Shown: positions 9,217 through 17,837 of the stretch, piece by piece | Numbering within the stretch: the first letter of the stretch is position 1 | Layout of the letters: each line of letters starts with the position of its first letter | Assembly (NCBI GenBank): GCA_020354945.1 | Contig: CP070655.1 | Location: forward strand, 752,610-782,542 | Direction of reading: 5' to 3' | Length of the DNA: 29,933 bases | Source: Candidatus Omnitrophota bacterium | GTDB lineage: Bacteria > Omnitrophota > Gorgyraeia > JABMRG01 > JAFGKX01 | Notes under the pieces: generated by a model | Told to the model about the DNA's origin: nothing | Database searches by the model: none | What the model saw: the letters and a program-made list of their open reading frames with translations, nothing else | Translations under genes and position numbers: made by a program

Positions 9217-11670
9217 TTATTTCTTGCTGAATACCAGGCGTCCTTTCTCCGAATCTACCTTCGCCTTCTTTGCGCCTTTAACCCCCTTAAAAGTCCCAGA
9301 GATAATCTCTTCAGCCAGCGGGTCCTCAAGAAATCTTTGTATAGTTCGCTTCAAGGGCCTGGCTCCGTAAATCTTATCAAATCCTTTCTCAATAAGGAAT
9401 TCTTTTGCCTTTTTGCTCAATTCTATACTTATATCCTGTTCCGCCAATCTATCTTTAACGTAACCTATCTCTATCTCTATTATATTTTGCAAGTCTTCTT
9501 TGCTAAGGGGGTGAAATACTATGGTCTCATCTATTCTGTTTAAAAATTCCGGTTTGAATGCCTTTTTAACAGATTCCAAAACCTGGCCTTTTGCCTGCTG
9601 GTAGGTTATCTCTTCTTTCTGTGACTTAAAACCTATAGCACCTTGTTTCTTCCACAAATCTGAGCCAATATTGGAGGTCATAATAACCACTGTATTTCTA
9701 AAATTTACCCTCCTTCCAAATGAATCGGTTAATCTTCCTTCTTCAAATATCTGCAAAAGCATATTAAAAACATCGGGATGGGCCTTTTCTACCTCATCTA
9801 ACAACACCACAGAATATGGTTTTCGCCTTATCTTCTCCGTAAGCTGCCCACCTTCTTCATAACCAACATATCCAGGGGGAGCGCCTACCAATCTTGAGAC
9901 ATTAAATTTTTCCATATATTCAGACATATCCAGTTGTATTAGGGCATCCTCCTCGCCGAATAAAAACTCAGCTAACACCCGGGCAAGAAGAGTCTTTCCT
10001 ACGCCGGTAGGGCCTAAAAATAAAAATGAGCCTACCGGGCGACGTTGGTCCTTAATGCCAGCCCTGGAACGTCTTACTGCCTGGGCGATAGCTTTTATTG
10101 CTTCATCCTGGCCCACAATTCGCTTATGGATCTCTTCTTCCATCTTAAGCAATCTTTCAGACTCTTTCTCTTCCAGACGAATAAGTGGAATACCTGTCCA
10201 TTTAGCAATTATCCTGGCAACCTCCTCCTCTTTAATCTCGGGAAGCTGCTCTTTTGTCTTCTCCTTCCATTTGGTTTTTGTCTTTTCTATTGCAACTTTT
10301 GTCTGCCTTTCTCTATCTCTAAATTTTGCAGCTTGTTCAAAATCTTGAGCCCTTACCACCACCTCTTTCTCTTTCCTTATTTTTTCCAGTTTTTTCTCCA
10401 GGCTTTTAATGTCCGGCGGTGCAGTCATTACATCCAATCTAGCCCGTGAGCCAGCCTCATCCATCACATCAACTGCTTTATCCGGCAAGAATCTATCGCT
10501 GATATATCTATCAGATAACCTGGCCGCTGCCTCTACTGCTTCATCTGTTATCCTAACCTTATGGTGTGCTTCATATCTTGACCTCAAGCCTTTTAAAATC
10601 TCTACTGTTTCTTTTACTGTAGGCGGACTGACTATTATGGTCTGGAATCTTCTTTCTAAAGCAGCGTCTTTTTCTACAAATTTTCTATATTCGGTAAGGG
10701 TGGTTGCTCCGATACATTGCATCTCTCCTCGAGAGAGGGCTGGTTTTAATATATTAGAGGCATCAATTGCCCCTTCTGCTCCGCCGGCTCCGACCAATGT
10801 ATGCAACTCGTCGATAAACACTATAATATTTTCCGAGCGTTTTATCTCATCCATTACCGCCTTTATTCTCTCTTCGAACTGGCCGCGATATTTAGTCCCT
10901 GCCACCATAAGTGCTAGATCAAGAGTGATTACTCTCTTATTACGCAAAATCTCCGGAATATCACCTGCTACTATCTTCTGAGCCAGGCCTTCTACAATAG
11001 CGGTCTTACCCACTCCAGCTTCACCGAGTAAAGCCGGGTTGTTTTTGGTGCGCCTGCTCAATATCTGTATAACCCTTTCAATCTCTTCTTTTCTGCCGAT
11101 AACAGGGTCTAATTTGTTCTCTTTGGCTAATGCAGTTAAGTCTCTGCCAAAGGCATCTAATGCAGGTGTCTTGCTTTTTTCTCTGGCGGCTCTTTTTCCA
11201 ACTCCGGGTGGCTCAACCTCCATTCCTGGTATAGCTGAGCCTAACAAAGACATGACCTCAGACCTGACCCTTGCTAAATCAAGGCCTAAATTCAACAATA
11301 TCTGGCTGGCTATACCCTCTCCCTCTCTAATCAATCCTAAAAGTAGATGCTCTGTTCCTATATAATTGTGCCCAAGGTGTCTGGCTTCATCCATTGCCAA
11401 TTCTATTACCTTTTTTGCCTTAGGGGTAAAAGGTATATCTCCGGATATAACCGTAGCAGGTCCGGGCTTGACCAGTTTTTCTACTTCCAACCTTATGGTA
11501 TCTAAACCCAACCCTAAATTTTGCAACACCGCTGCTGCAACGCCCTGGCCTTCTTTTATCAATCCCATTAATAGGTGTTCTGTTCCTATATAATCGTGAT
11601 TGAGTCTTTTTGCCTCTTCCTTTGCCAGAATAACTACTTTCCTGGCCCTTTCTGTAAATCTGTTAAACAT
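9217..11670 (-). CDS. clpC: ATP-dependent Clp protease ATP-binding subunit ClpC
   Basis: Clp N-repeats (YIGTEHLL twice), two AAA modules ([16 protein letters not shown]), UVR middle domain; follows mcsAB. Confidence 0.97.
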   Translation of the reverse strand: MFNRFTERARKVVILAKEEAKRLNHDYIGTEHLLMGLIKEGQGVAAAVLQNLGLGLDTIRLEVEKLVKPGPATVISGDIPFTPKAKKVIELAMDEARHLGHNYIGTEHLLLGLIREGEGIASQILLNLGLDLARVRSEVMSLLGSAIPGMEVEPPGVGKRAAREKSKTPALDAFGRDLTALAKENKLDPVIGRKEEIERVIQILSRRTKNNPALLGEAGVGKTAIVEGLAQKIVAGDIPEILRNKRVITLDLALMVAGTKYRGQFEERIKAVMDEIKRSENIIVFIDELHTLVGAGGAEGAIDASNILKPALSRGEMQCIGATTLTEYRKFVEKDAALERRFQTIIVSPPTVKETVEILKGLRSRYEAHHKVRITDEAVEAAARLSDRYISDRFLPDKAVDVMDEAGSRARLDVMTAPPDIKSLEKKLEKIRKEKEVVVRAQDFEQAAKFRDRERQTKVAIEKTKTKWKEKTKEQLPEIKEEEVARIIAKWTGIPLIRLEEKESERLLKMEEEIHKRIVGQDEAIKAIAQAVRRSRAGIKDQRRPVGSFLFLGPTGVGKTLLARVLAEFLFGEEDALIQLDMSEYMEKFNVSRLVGAPPGYVGYEEGGQLTEKIRRKPYSVVLLDEVEKAHPDVFNMLLQIFEEGRLTDSFGRRVNFRNTVVIMTSNIGSDLWKKQGAIGFKSQKEEITYQQAKGQVLESVKKAFKPEFLNRIDETIVFHPLSKEDLQNIIEIEIGYVKDRLAEQDISIELSKKAKEFLIEKGFDKIYGARPLKRTIQRFLEDPLAEEIISGTFKGVKGAKKAKVDSEKGRLVFSKK

Positions 11671-11689
11671 CTGTATTGCCTCCTCGCAT

Positions 11690-11712
11690 AGGGACGTTTC
11701 CGAAACGTCCCT
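11690..11712. repeat. REP-like palindrome
   Basis: agggacgtttc-c-gaaacgtccct with 11-bp perfect arms. The left end reads ATAG, close to GTAG. Confidence 0.75.
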
Positions 11713-11715
11713 GAA

Positions 11716-12765
11716 CTACCTCTTCAGCTTCTCCCGTATAAGCTTTGCCCTTTCTATATCTCTCTCTGAAGCTGAAAGTTGCTTTCCTTTCATTTTTTGT
11801 AAATGGGCCGGCTGAATTGTTATAAAAAGTTCGTTAAGTGCTGATTTATCTATATCTTTGATGATATCAGTTTCTACGCCTAACCTAACTACCGATAAAA
11901 GTTCTAATGCCTCCTGGCTAGTTATGACATGAGCACCTTTCAAAGTAGCATATCCTCTTGAAATTTTGTCCGCCAAAATTTCTTTTTTTCTGCTCATAAG
12001 GAACTTACGGGAATTTTGCTCGTGAGATATTAACTGTTTTACTACTCTCTGCAAACTATTAATTATATCCTCTTCCCTGGGCCCGAGGGTAACCTGATTT
12101 GACACCTGGAAGAAATTGCCGCTGGCCTGGGTTCCCTCGCCGAAAAGTCCCCGCACAGTAAGCCCGAGTTTAGATACTGCCTCTACAATTTCTTTTATCT
12201 TTCTAGCCATAACCAGGCCCGGAAAATGTAACATTACTGAAGCTCGCATGCCTGTTCCTACATTGGTAGGGCAGGCAGTTAAGTATCCTAACTGTTCTGA
12301 ATAAGTAAAACTTAAGGTTCTTTCTAAGCCCTTGCCTAATGTTTCTAAAATATCCCAGGCCCCTGTTAAATTTAATCCTGATTGAAGAACCTGTATTCTT
12401 AAATGGTCTTCCTCATTTATCATAATGTTTATTATTTCCTTATCGCTTATAAATACCGCCTTTTGGTCTGTATTACGCAGATGCTCTCTGCTCACTAAGT
12501 GCCTTTCAAAAAGAAATTGTCTATCAATCGGGTTTATCTTATCCATTTCTACATAAAGAGCGTTTTTCATCAAATTTGATGAAGCAATTTCTCTTTTACA
12601 TAAATCTTTTACCTTCTGTCTTGTTGCGTTATTTGACCAATCAAAAAAATGGAAACCCTTTATGTTCCTGGCTAACCTGACCCTGCTGGATATAACAATA
12701 TCCGAATCCGGTCCTGTCCCTTTAAGCCATTCACCTGTTTGGTTTAGCAAGTCATCGAGTCTCAT
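11716..12765 (-). CDS. mcsB: Protein-arginine kinase McsB
   Basis: ISSRVRLARN, INEEDHLRIQ, GYLTACPTNVGTGMRASVMLH, VRGLFGEG. Confidence 0.96.
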   Translation of the reverse strand: MRLDDLLNQTGEWLKGTGPDSDIVISSRVRLARNIKGFHFFDWSNNATRQKVKDLCKREIASSNLMKNALYVEMDKINPIDRQFLFERHLVSREHLRNTDQKAVFISDKEIINIMINEEDHLRIQVLQSGLNLTGAWDILETLGKGLERTLSFTYSEQLGYLTACPTNVGTGMRASVMLHFPGLVMARKIKEIVEAVSKLGLTVRGLFGEGTQASGNFFQVSNQVTLGPREEDIINSLQRVVKQLISHEQNSRKFLMSRKKEILADKISRGYATLKGAHVITSQEALELLSVVRLGVETDIIKDIDKSALNELFITIQPAHLQKMKGKQLSASERDIERAKLIREKLKR

Positions 12766-12768
12766 GGC

Positions 12769-12824
12769 CAGTTGTCAGTTTTCAGTTATCAGTTTTCAGC
12801 CTTCAGTCTAATAACTGATAACTG
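12769..12824. repeat. Inverted heptamer hairpin, TCAG family
   Basis: cagtt gtcagtt ttcagtt atcagtt ttcagcc ttcagtc taat aactgat aactg. Confidence 0.88.
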
Positions 12825-12826
12825 TT

Positions 12827-13360
12827 CTATTTCCCCTCCAATGCCCTTATCCTGTCTCTCAATACTGCTGCCTGTTCGTATTCTTCAGCCTGTATAGCCT
12901 TTTTTAATTTTTCTTTTAACTCCGCTATTCTATCTTCTTTTGTAGCGGCCTTAACCTTTTTAACCTGCCTGCCTGCAGGCGGAACTGTTCCTTTTCCGGT
13001 AGCTATTATTCTCTCCGGTTCTTTACCCATATGATGGGTTGAACCATGAATATTTTTAAGTAAAGGCAGCAATACATTACGAAAAGCCTTATAGCAATCG
13101 CCGCAGCCAAGCTTTCCCAACCTTCTAAAATCGGAATAAGTCATACCGCATGCCGGACATTTTAATTCTTTCTTTTCTTCAATCAGACTTGGAAATTCTA
13201 CTAAACCTGAGAGTAAATCAGCCATACCAAAGGCCTGCTGCATTTTGATATTTTCAGCTTCAGCGCATTTCTGGCATACATGCAATTCTTTTACTTCATC
13301 ATTGATAATCTCGGTTATATGTATTGCAGCTTCTCTCTTATGGCATATGTCACATAGCAT
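12827..13360 (-). CDS. mcsA: McsA (CxxC motifs plus UVR domain)
   Basis: CDIC, CQKC, CPAC, GCGDCY, IHGSTHHMGKEP, EEYEQAAVLRDRI. Confidence 0.95.
   Translation of the reverse strand: MLCDICHKREAAIHITEIINDEVKELHVCQKCAEAENIKMQQAFGMADLLSGLVEFPSLIEEKKELKCPACGMTYSDFRRLGKLGCGDCYKAFRNVLLPLLKNIHGSTHHMGKEPERIIATGKGTVPPAGRQVKKVKAATKEDRIAELKEKLKKAIQAEEYEQAAVLRDRIRALEGK
12964..12991. repeat. Two overlapping small palindromes in frame within the mcsA linker
   Basis: cctgcctgcctgcaggcgg (12964-12982) and ggaac-t-gttcc (12981-12991). Encode GTVPPAGRQ. Confidence 0.55.
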
Positions 13361-13372
13361 CGTTATCTCCTC

Positions 13373-13432
13373 GTCTCGTGTACCGTGTACCGTTTCAACG
13401 GTAAACGGTTAGCGGTAAACTGTAAACGAAAC
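13373..13432. repeat. Inverted heptamer hairpin, ACCG family
   Basis: gtctcgtgta ccgtgta ccgtttc aacggta aacggtt agcggta aactgta aacgaaac. Confidence 0.88.
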
Positions 13433-13439
13433 ACTAGTA

Positions 13440-14318
13440 TCAAATCGAGTATCTCACTCCATCTTTTTTGGTAAGTTTGTGAAATTCTTCCTCAAGCAAT
13501 TTAGTAACCAGCCCGGGTTTGCCTGTTCCTATTTTCTTTTTGTCAATCTCAACTACCGGTATAATCTCAGCTGCTGTTCCTGTAAGGAAACATTCATCGG
13601 CACTGTATAAATCTGATAATCTGATTTTTTCCTCGTCAAATTTTATTTCTTTTCTTCTGGCAATTCTAATAACTGCGTCTTTAGTAATACCTTCCAATGC
13701 CCCTATACTGCTCGGCGGTGTAATAAGTTTATTCTTATTAACCATAAAAATATTATCTCCGGTGCACTCAGCAACATAACCGTCAAAGGTGAGCATAATC
13801 GCTTCCTCAACCCCTGCATCTATAGCATCTATCTTGGCCAGAATATTATTTAAATAATTAAGGGATTTTATCCTCGGGTCTATTGCCACAGGCAAATTTC
13901 TTCTAGTCCTGGCGGTAACAATCTTTAACCCCCTTTCATAAAACTTATGCGGATATAACTTAATCTTATCGGTTATTATAAAAACAATTCCATTTTTGCA
14001 CTTCCGAGGGTCAAGGCCTAAATCTCCGGGCCCTCTTGTCACCGCCAATCTTATATATGCATTTTTTAACTTGTTTTTCTTCAAAGTCCTTATAATGTCC
14101 TTTATTAGTTTGGGCTTGCTCAATGGTATATTGAGTCTTATCAATCCGGCTGAATTATACAACCTATTTATATGTTCTCTTAACTTAAAAATCAGGCCAT
14201 CATATGACCTTATACCTTCAAATACCCCGTCACCGTATAATACACCATGATCAAATATTGAAATTTTAGCGTTATTCTTATTATAAAATTTACCGTTTAT
14301 ATAAACCATTAATGGCAT
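13440..14318 (-). CDS. ilvE: Branched-chain amino acid aminotransferase (class IV PLP)
   Basis: DHGVLYGDGVFEGIR, KSLNYLNNILAK, ECTGDNIF, LEGIT, DECFLTGTAAE. Confidence 0.95.
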   Translation of the reverse strand: MPLMVYINGKFYNKNNAKISIFDHGVLYGDGVFEGIRSYDGLIFKLREHINRLYNSAGLIRLNIPLSKPKLIKDIIRTLKKNKLKNAYIRLAVTRGPGDLGLDPRKCKNGIVFIITDKIKLYPHKFYERGLKIVTARTRRNLPVAIDPRIKSLNYLNNILAKIDAIDAGVEEAIMLTFDGYVAECTGDNIFMVNKNKLITPPSSIGALEGITKDAVIRIARRKEIKFDEEKIRLSDLYSADECFLTGTAAEIIPVVEIDKKKIGTGKPGLVTKLLEEEFHKLTKKDGVRYSI

Positions 14319-14326
14319 AAATCCCC

Positions 14327-15016
14327 CTAAGCTGCTTTAAGCTTCCCATCCTCTAAATGCTTAACATTGCCAAAAAACTTAGCGTACTCATGTTCATGAG
14401 TCACTATAATAAAAGAGGTGCCCTCTTTTGAATTTAATTCTTTTATCAATTCGAATATGGCAATTGAATTTTTATGGTCTAAATTGCCTGTCGGTTCATC
14501 GCATAACACCACATCCGGTCTATTCATCAGCGCTCTTGCAACCGCTGCTCTCTGGGCTTCGCCGCCGGAAAGTTCTGATGGCTTGTGGCTTATTCTAGCA
14601 CTTAAACCTACTTTGTCCAAAAGCTGTTTTGCATTTTCCTCTAATAACTGACGACTGACGACTGACGACTGACGACTGATTAACCCCGGCATCATTACAT
14701 TTTCCAAGGTATTAAATTCCGCAAGTAAATGATAAAATTGAAATACAAATCCTATGCGTTCATTCCGAATCTTGCTGCAAGTTGTATCATCAGCTTTATA
14801 AACAGAAGTTCCGTCTAATAAGACTTCTCCTTTAGTCGGCTTATCCAATGCCCCTAAAATATGTAAAAGTGTAGATTTGCCTGAGCCGGAAGGGCCTGAT
14901 ATTACCAAAATCTCACTGCTATTAAGGGAAATATCTACGCCTTTTAATACGTGGAGCCTGCGTTTGCCATCCTGATATACCCTATGTATATTTTTTGCAA
15001 CTAATATTCCATTCAT
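14327..15016 (-). CDS. lolD: Lipoprotein-releasing ABC ATPase LolD
   Basis: GPSGSGKSTLL, IGFVFQFYHLL, LSGGEAQR, DEPTGNLD. Start moved to ATG at 15016 (MNGILVAK) because the ORF-track N-terminus largely translates a repeat hairpin. Confidence 0.9.
   Translation of the reverse strand: MNGILVAKNIHRVYQDGKRRLHVLKGVDISLNSSEILVISGPSGSGKSTLLHILGALDKPTKGEVLLDGTSVYKADDTTCSKIRNERIGFVFQFYHLLAEFNTLENVMMPGLISRQSSVVSRQLLEENAKQLLDKVGLSARISHKPSELSGGEAQRAAVARALMNRPDVVLCDEPTGNLDHKNSIAIFELIKELNSKEGTSFIIVTHEHEYAKFFGNVKHLEDGKLKAA
14646..14680. repeat. Five-unit heptamer tandem array inside lolD
   Basis: aactgac gactgac gactgac gactgac gactgat. Encodes ISRQSSVVSRQL. Confidence 0.92.
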
Positions 15017-15032
15017 AACTGGAAAGTAGCAT

Positions 15033-15083
15033 GTTTCGTGTACCGTTAACCGTGTACCGTTGGCGGTAAACGGTAAACGAAAC
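15033..15083. repeat. Inverted heptamer hairpin, ACCG family
   Basis: gtttcgtgta ccgttaa ccgtgta ccgtt ggcggta aacggta aacgaaac. Same termini as the 13373 copy. Confidence 0.88.
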
Positions 15084-15106
15084 GAAGTCAATCCGTGTTC
15101 ATCTTT

Positions 15107-16282
15107 TCACTCATATCGCAAGGCCTGGATTGGCTCCAACCTTGAAGCCTGATAAGCAGGGTATATAGTGGCTAAAAGGCTTATAGCCAATGCTGCTATT
15201 ATTATAATAACAGAATCAAAAACGTGAAATTTAATAGGTATCCTATCAATATAATATACCTCCGGAGGCAATTTAACAAATTGTTTTAGTAAAAAAGATA
15301 CGCCTAACCCACCCAGCAGTCCAAATATAACTCCTGTTACGCCTATTATAAAACCCTGCATAGAAAATATAGTAAGAATACCTTTTCCTGAAACGCCTAT
15401 CGCCTTTAGTATGCCTATATCCCTGCCTTTTTCCATAACCGTCATAACCAGAACACCTATTATACTAAAGCAGGCAACTATAACTATCAGGGTTAATATT
15501 ACAAACATAGCCAGCTTCTCTAATTTGATAGCGGAAAATAGATTTTTATTTCTCTCAGCCCAGGTGCTCACAAAAAATTTTCGCCCTAACTTTTCCTGTA
15601 ACTTCTCCTTCACTTTCTTGCAATTTGCTAATGAAGTGCAATCAATCCCTATGCCGCTTACCGTCTTAGCACCAAAAATAGTTGATAAATTACCCAGCCC
15701 GGCATAAACAACATTGGCATCGTAGTCATACATGCCGGATTTAAATATGCTGGTTATCTTCATATTATGCGGCCGCCGCAAGCCCGGAGTAATTAATGCA
15801 ACTTCATCGGTGATATACGCCCCTAAAGCAGAGGCTAATTCGCTTCCCATTATCAATCCATCTTCTATTTCTGCGTTGGATGCTACCGATACTAAATAAG
15901 GGAGAAGTTTTGATGAGTCAATTTCATTTTTAGTATCGACACTTCTTAATACAATGCCTCGCGCCCTTCCACGAAACTCTATTATGCCCTGATTCCATAT
16001 ATATGGAAAAGAACCTTTCACGCCTTCCATATCGTTTATATATTTAGATAAATCTTCTGAGTCTTCTATGCCTAATTCTTTCTCGAGGAAGATGTGAGGA
16101 TTTAAACCAACTATTCTGGCTTTAAGTTCGCTATCAAATCCACTCATAACAGCCAGGGTGGTAATCAAGGCTGCTACACCAACTGCAACTCCTAATATAG
16201 AAATCAAGGTAACTATAGATATAAATTTTTCCCTGCGTTTACTGAATATGTAACGTAATGCTATAAAAAACTCGTATCTCAT
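15107..16282 (-). CDS. lolC: Lipoprotein-releasing ABC permease, LolC/E family
   Basis: ISILGVAVGVAALI, AVMSGF, F.SGMYDYD, IGILKAIG, TIYPAYQASRLEPIQALRYE; precedes lolD. Confidence 0.9.
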   Translation of the reverse strand: MRYEFFIALRYIFSKRREKFISIVTLISILGVAVGVAALITTLAVMSGFDSELKARIVGLNPHIFLEKELGIEDSEDLSKYINDMEGVKGSFPYIWNQGIIEFRGRARGIVLRSVDTKNEIDSSKLLPYLVSVASNAEIEDGLIMGSELASALGAYITDEVALITPGLRRPHNMKITSIFKSGMYDYDANVVYAGLGNLSTIFGAKTVSGIGIDCTSLANCKKVKEKLQEKLGRKFFVSTWAERNKNLFSAIKLEKLAMFVILTLIVIVACFSIIGVLVMTVMEKGRDIGILKAIGVSGKGILTIFSMQGFIIGVTGVIFGLLGGLGVSFLLKQFVKLPPEVYYIDRIPIKFHVFDSVIIIIAALAISLLATIYPAYQASRLEPIQALRYE

Positions 16283-16284
16283 TG

Positions 16285-16339
16285 GTCAGTTTGCAGCTTT
16301 CAGTAATCAGTTTTCGGTACTAACGACTGATAACTGATT
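16285..16339. repeat. Inverted heptamer hairpin, TCAG family (degenerate)
   Basis: gtcagtt tgcagct ttcagta atcagtt ttcggta ctaac gactgat aactgat t; runs into the lysS stop. Confidence 0.82.
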
Positions 16340-17774
16340 ACTTTCCCGGTTTTAATTGTGGGAATAAAATGACTTCCCTGATTGACTCCTGGTCTGTAAA
16401 AATCATAGCCAATCGGTCAATGCCTATACCTAAACCACCTGCAGGGGGCATACCATATTCTAATGCCGTCACATAGTCCTCATCTAATTCGCCTTCTCCT
16501 TTCGCTTCGATCTGCTGTTTAAACCTTTCCCGCTGCTGTATAGGGTCATTTAATTCTGAATAGGCATTTGCTATTTCTAATCCGCCGATATAAAGCTCAA
16601 ATCTTTCTGATAGTGAAGGGTCGTCATCCTTTGTTTTAGCCAGAGGGCAAAGTTCAGTAAAATAATCTATTACAAAAGTAGGTTTCGTGCTGGTCTTATC
16701 TTCTTTGGGCCCTAATACATCGGCTATTATGTTTATAAGTTTTGTTCTGCTAATATCTTTTGTCTCTATATCTACGCCCTTTGCTTTAAGTTTCTCAGCC
16801 CACACAGAAGGCTTGTCATCTTTTGTTATATTAAAATTTTCTTTCATCACCCGAGCAAAAGAGATTCTTCTCCAGGGCGGCTTAAGGTCTATATTTTTCT
16901 CTTTATAAACTATTTCTGTCTTTCCTAATAACTCTTTTGCAAGGTAGACGGTAAGAGATTCGGTAATTTCCATCATGTCATTATAATCTGCATATGCTGT
17001 ATAGGCCTCCAGCATTGTAAATTCAGGGTTATGGCGGGGCGAGACCCCTTCATTTCTAAATGATTTATTTATCTCATAGACCTTATCCAATCCACCGACT
17101 AAAAGCCGTTTCAGGTATAACTCCGGGGCTATTCTCATAAAAAGGTCAACATCATATACATTGTGATGGGTTTTAAATGGTTTACCGGCAGCTCCTCCCG
17201 GAATAGGCTGCAGCATCGGTGTCTCAACCTCTAAATATCCCCTTTCATCGAAAAATGAGCGTATTTTCATTATCAATCTGCTGCGAAATATGAATATATC
17301 TTTCACTTCATCATTAGCAATAAAGTCTAAGTACCTTTGCCTGTATCTGGCCTCTATATCTTTTAAACCATGCCATTTCTCAGGCAGGGGACGCAATGCT
17401 TTAGATAAAGGACTGAATGAGGATACATTTATAGTAATTTCTCCTCGATGGGTCTTAAAAAGTTTGCCACGAACGCCTATTATATCTCCAATGTCAATCT
17501 GCTGCAAGATACGGAAATTCTTATCTCCTAATACGTCCTTTTTAAAATACAGTTGCAGCTTCCCTGTAAAGTCTTTTATATCGCAGAAGATACTGCCTCC
17601 GTGCGACCTTATCGTCGTAACTCTCCCGGCAGTAGAAACCTCGACCTCCCCTTTGTAGTTATCGACTACCGCTTTAAGAGTGTCGGTTTTATTAAACTTA
17701 CGGCCATAAGGGAATATCCCCTCCTGCTCCAAGGTCTTCTTTTTATTAAGTCTTATATTTACTATATCTTCCAT
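16338..17774 (-). CDS. lysS: Lysine--tRNA ligase (class II)
   Basis: LRPLPEKWHGL, RYRQRYLD, LEVETPML, MRIAPELYLKRL, FRNEG, YGMPPAGGLGIGIDRL. Confidence 0.98.
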   Translation of the reverse strand: MEDIVNIRLNKKKTLEQEGIFPYGRKFNKTDTLKAVVDNYKGEVEVSTAGRVTTIRSHGGSIFCDIKDFTGKLQLYFKKDVLGDKNFRILQQIDIGDIIGVRGKLFKTHRGEITINVSSFSPLSKALRPLPEKWHGLKDIEARYRQRYLDFIANDEVKDIFIFRSRLIMKIRSFFDERGYLEVETPMLQPIPGGAAGKPFKTHHNVYDVDLFMRIAPELYLKRLLVGGLDKVYEINKSFRNEGVSPRHNPEFTMLEAYTAYADYNDMMEITESLTVYLAKELLGKTEIVYKEKNIDLKPPWRRISFARVMKENFNITKDDKPSVWAEKLKAKGVDIETKDISRTKLINIIADVLGPKEDKTSTKPTFVIDYFTELCPLAKTKDDDPSLSERFELYIGGLEIANAYSELNDPIQQRERFKQQIEAKGEGELDEDYVTALEYGMPPAGGLGIGIDRLAMIFTDQESIREVILFPQLKPGK

Positions 17775-17808
17775 AGTGCTTTTCTATTTTTAACATCGTA
17801 AGCAAACT

Positions 17809-17837
17809 ATTATATAGTAATAATAAAATCCTGTCAA
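17809..17837 (-). promoter_or_regulatory. Sigma70-type promoter for the lysS...tmk run
   Basis: Minus strand TTGACA-17 nt-TATAAT, a perfect consensus, about 35 nt upstream of the lysS ATG. Confidence 0.85.

Noticed and set aside
9337-11815. Many plus-strand ORFs of 60-190 aa opposite clpC (and similar ones opposite other genes)
   Set aside because: They are antisense shadows of conserved genes with no independent motifs or RBS.
15017-15091. ORF-track N-terminal extension of LolD
   Set aside because: It largely translates the heptamer hairpin. ATG 15016 gives a standard-length LolD.
6768-16339. CRISPR array or CtsR heptad operators suggested by the recurring short repeats
   Set aside because: There is no constant 23-47 nt repeat with unique spacers and no cas genes. 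The units do not match the CtsR box (RGTCAAA-NAN-RGTCAAA), and ctsR is absent from the window.
3262-16339. Intergenic hairpins as intrinsic terminators
   Set aside because: They lack U-tracts on the transcribed strand, and several sit between functionally coupled genes (mlaE/F/D, mcsA/B, lolC/D, ispD/F).
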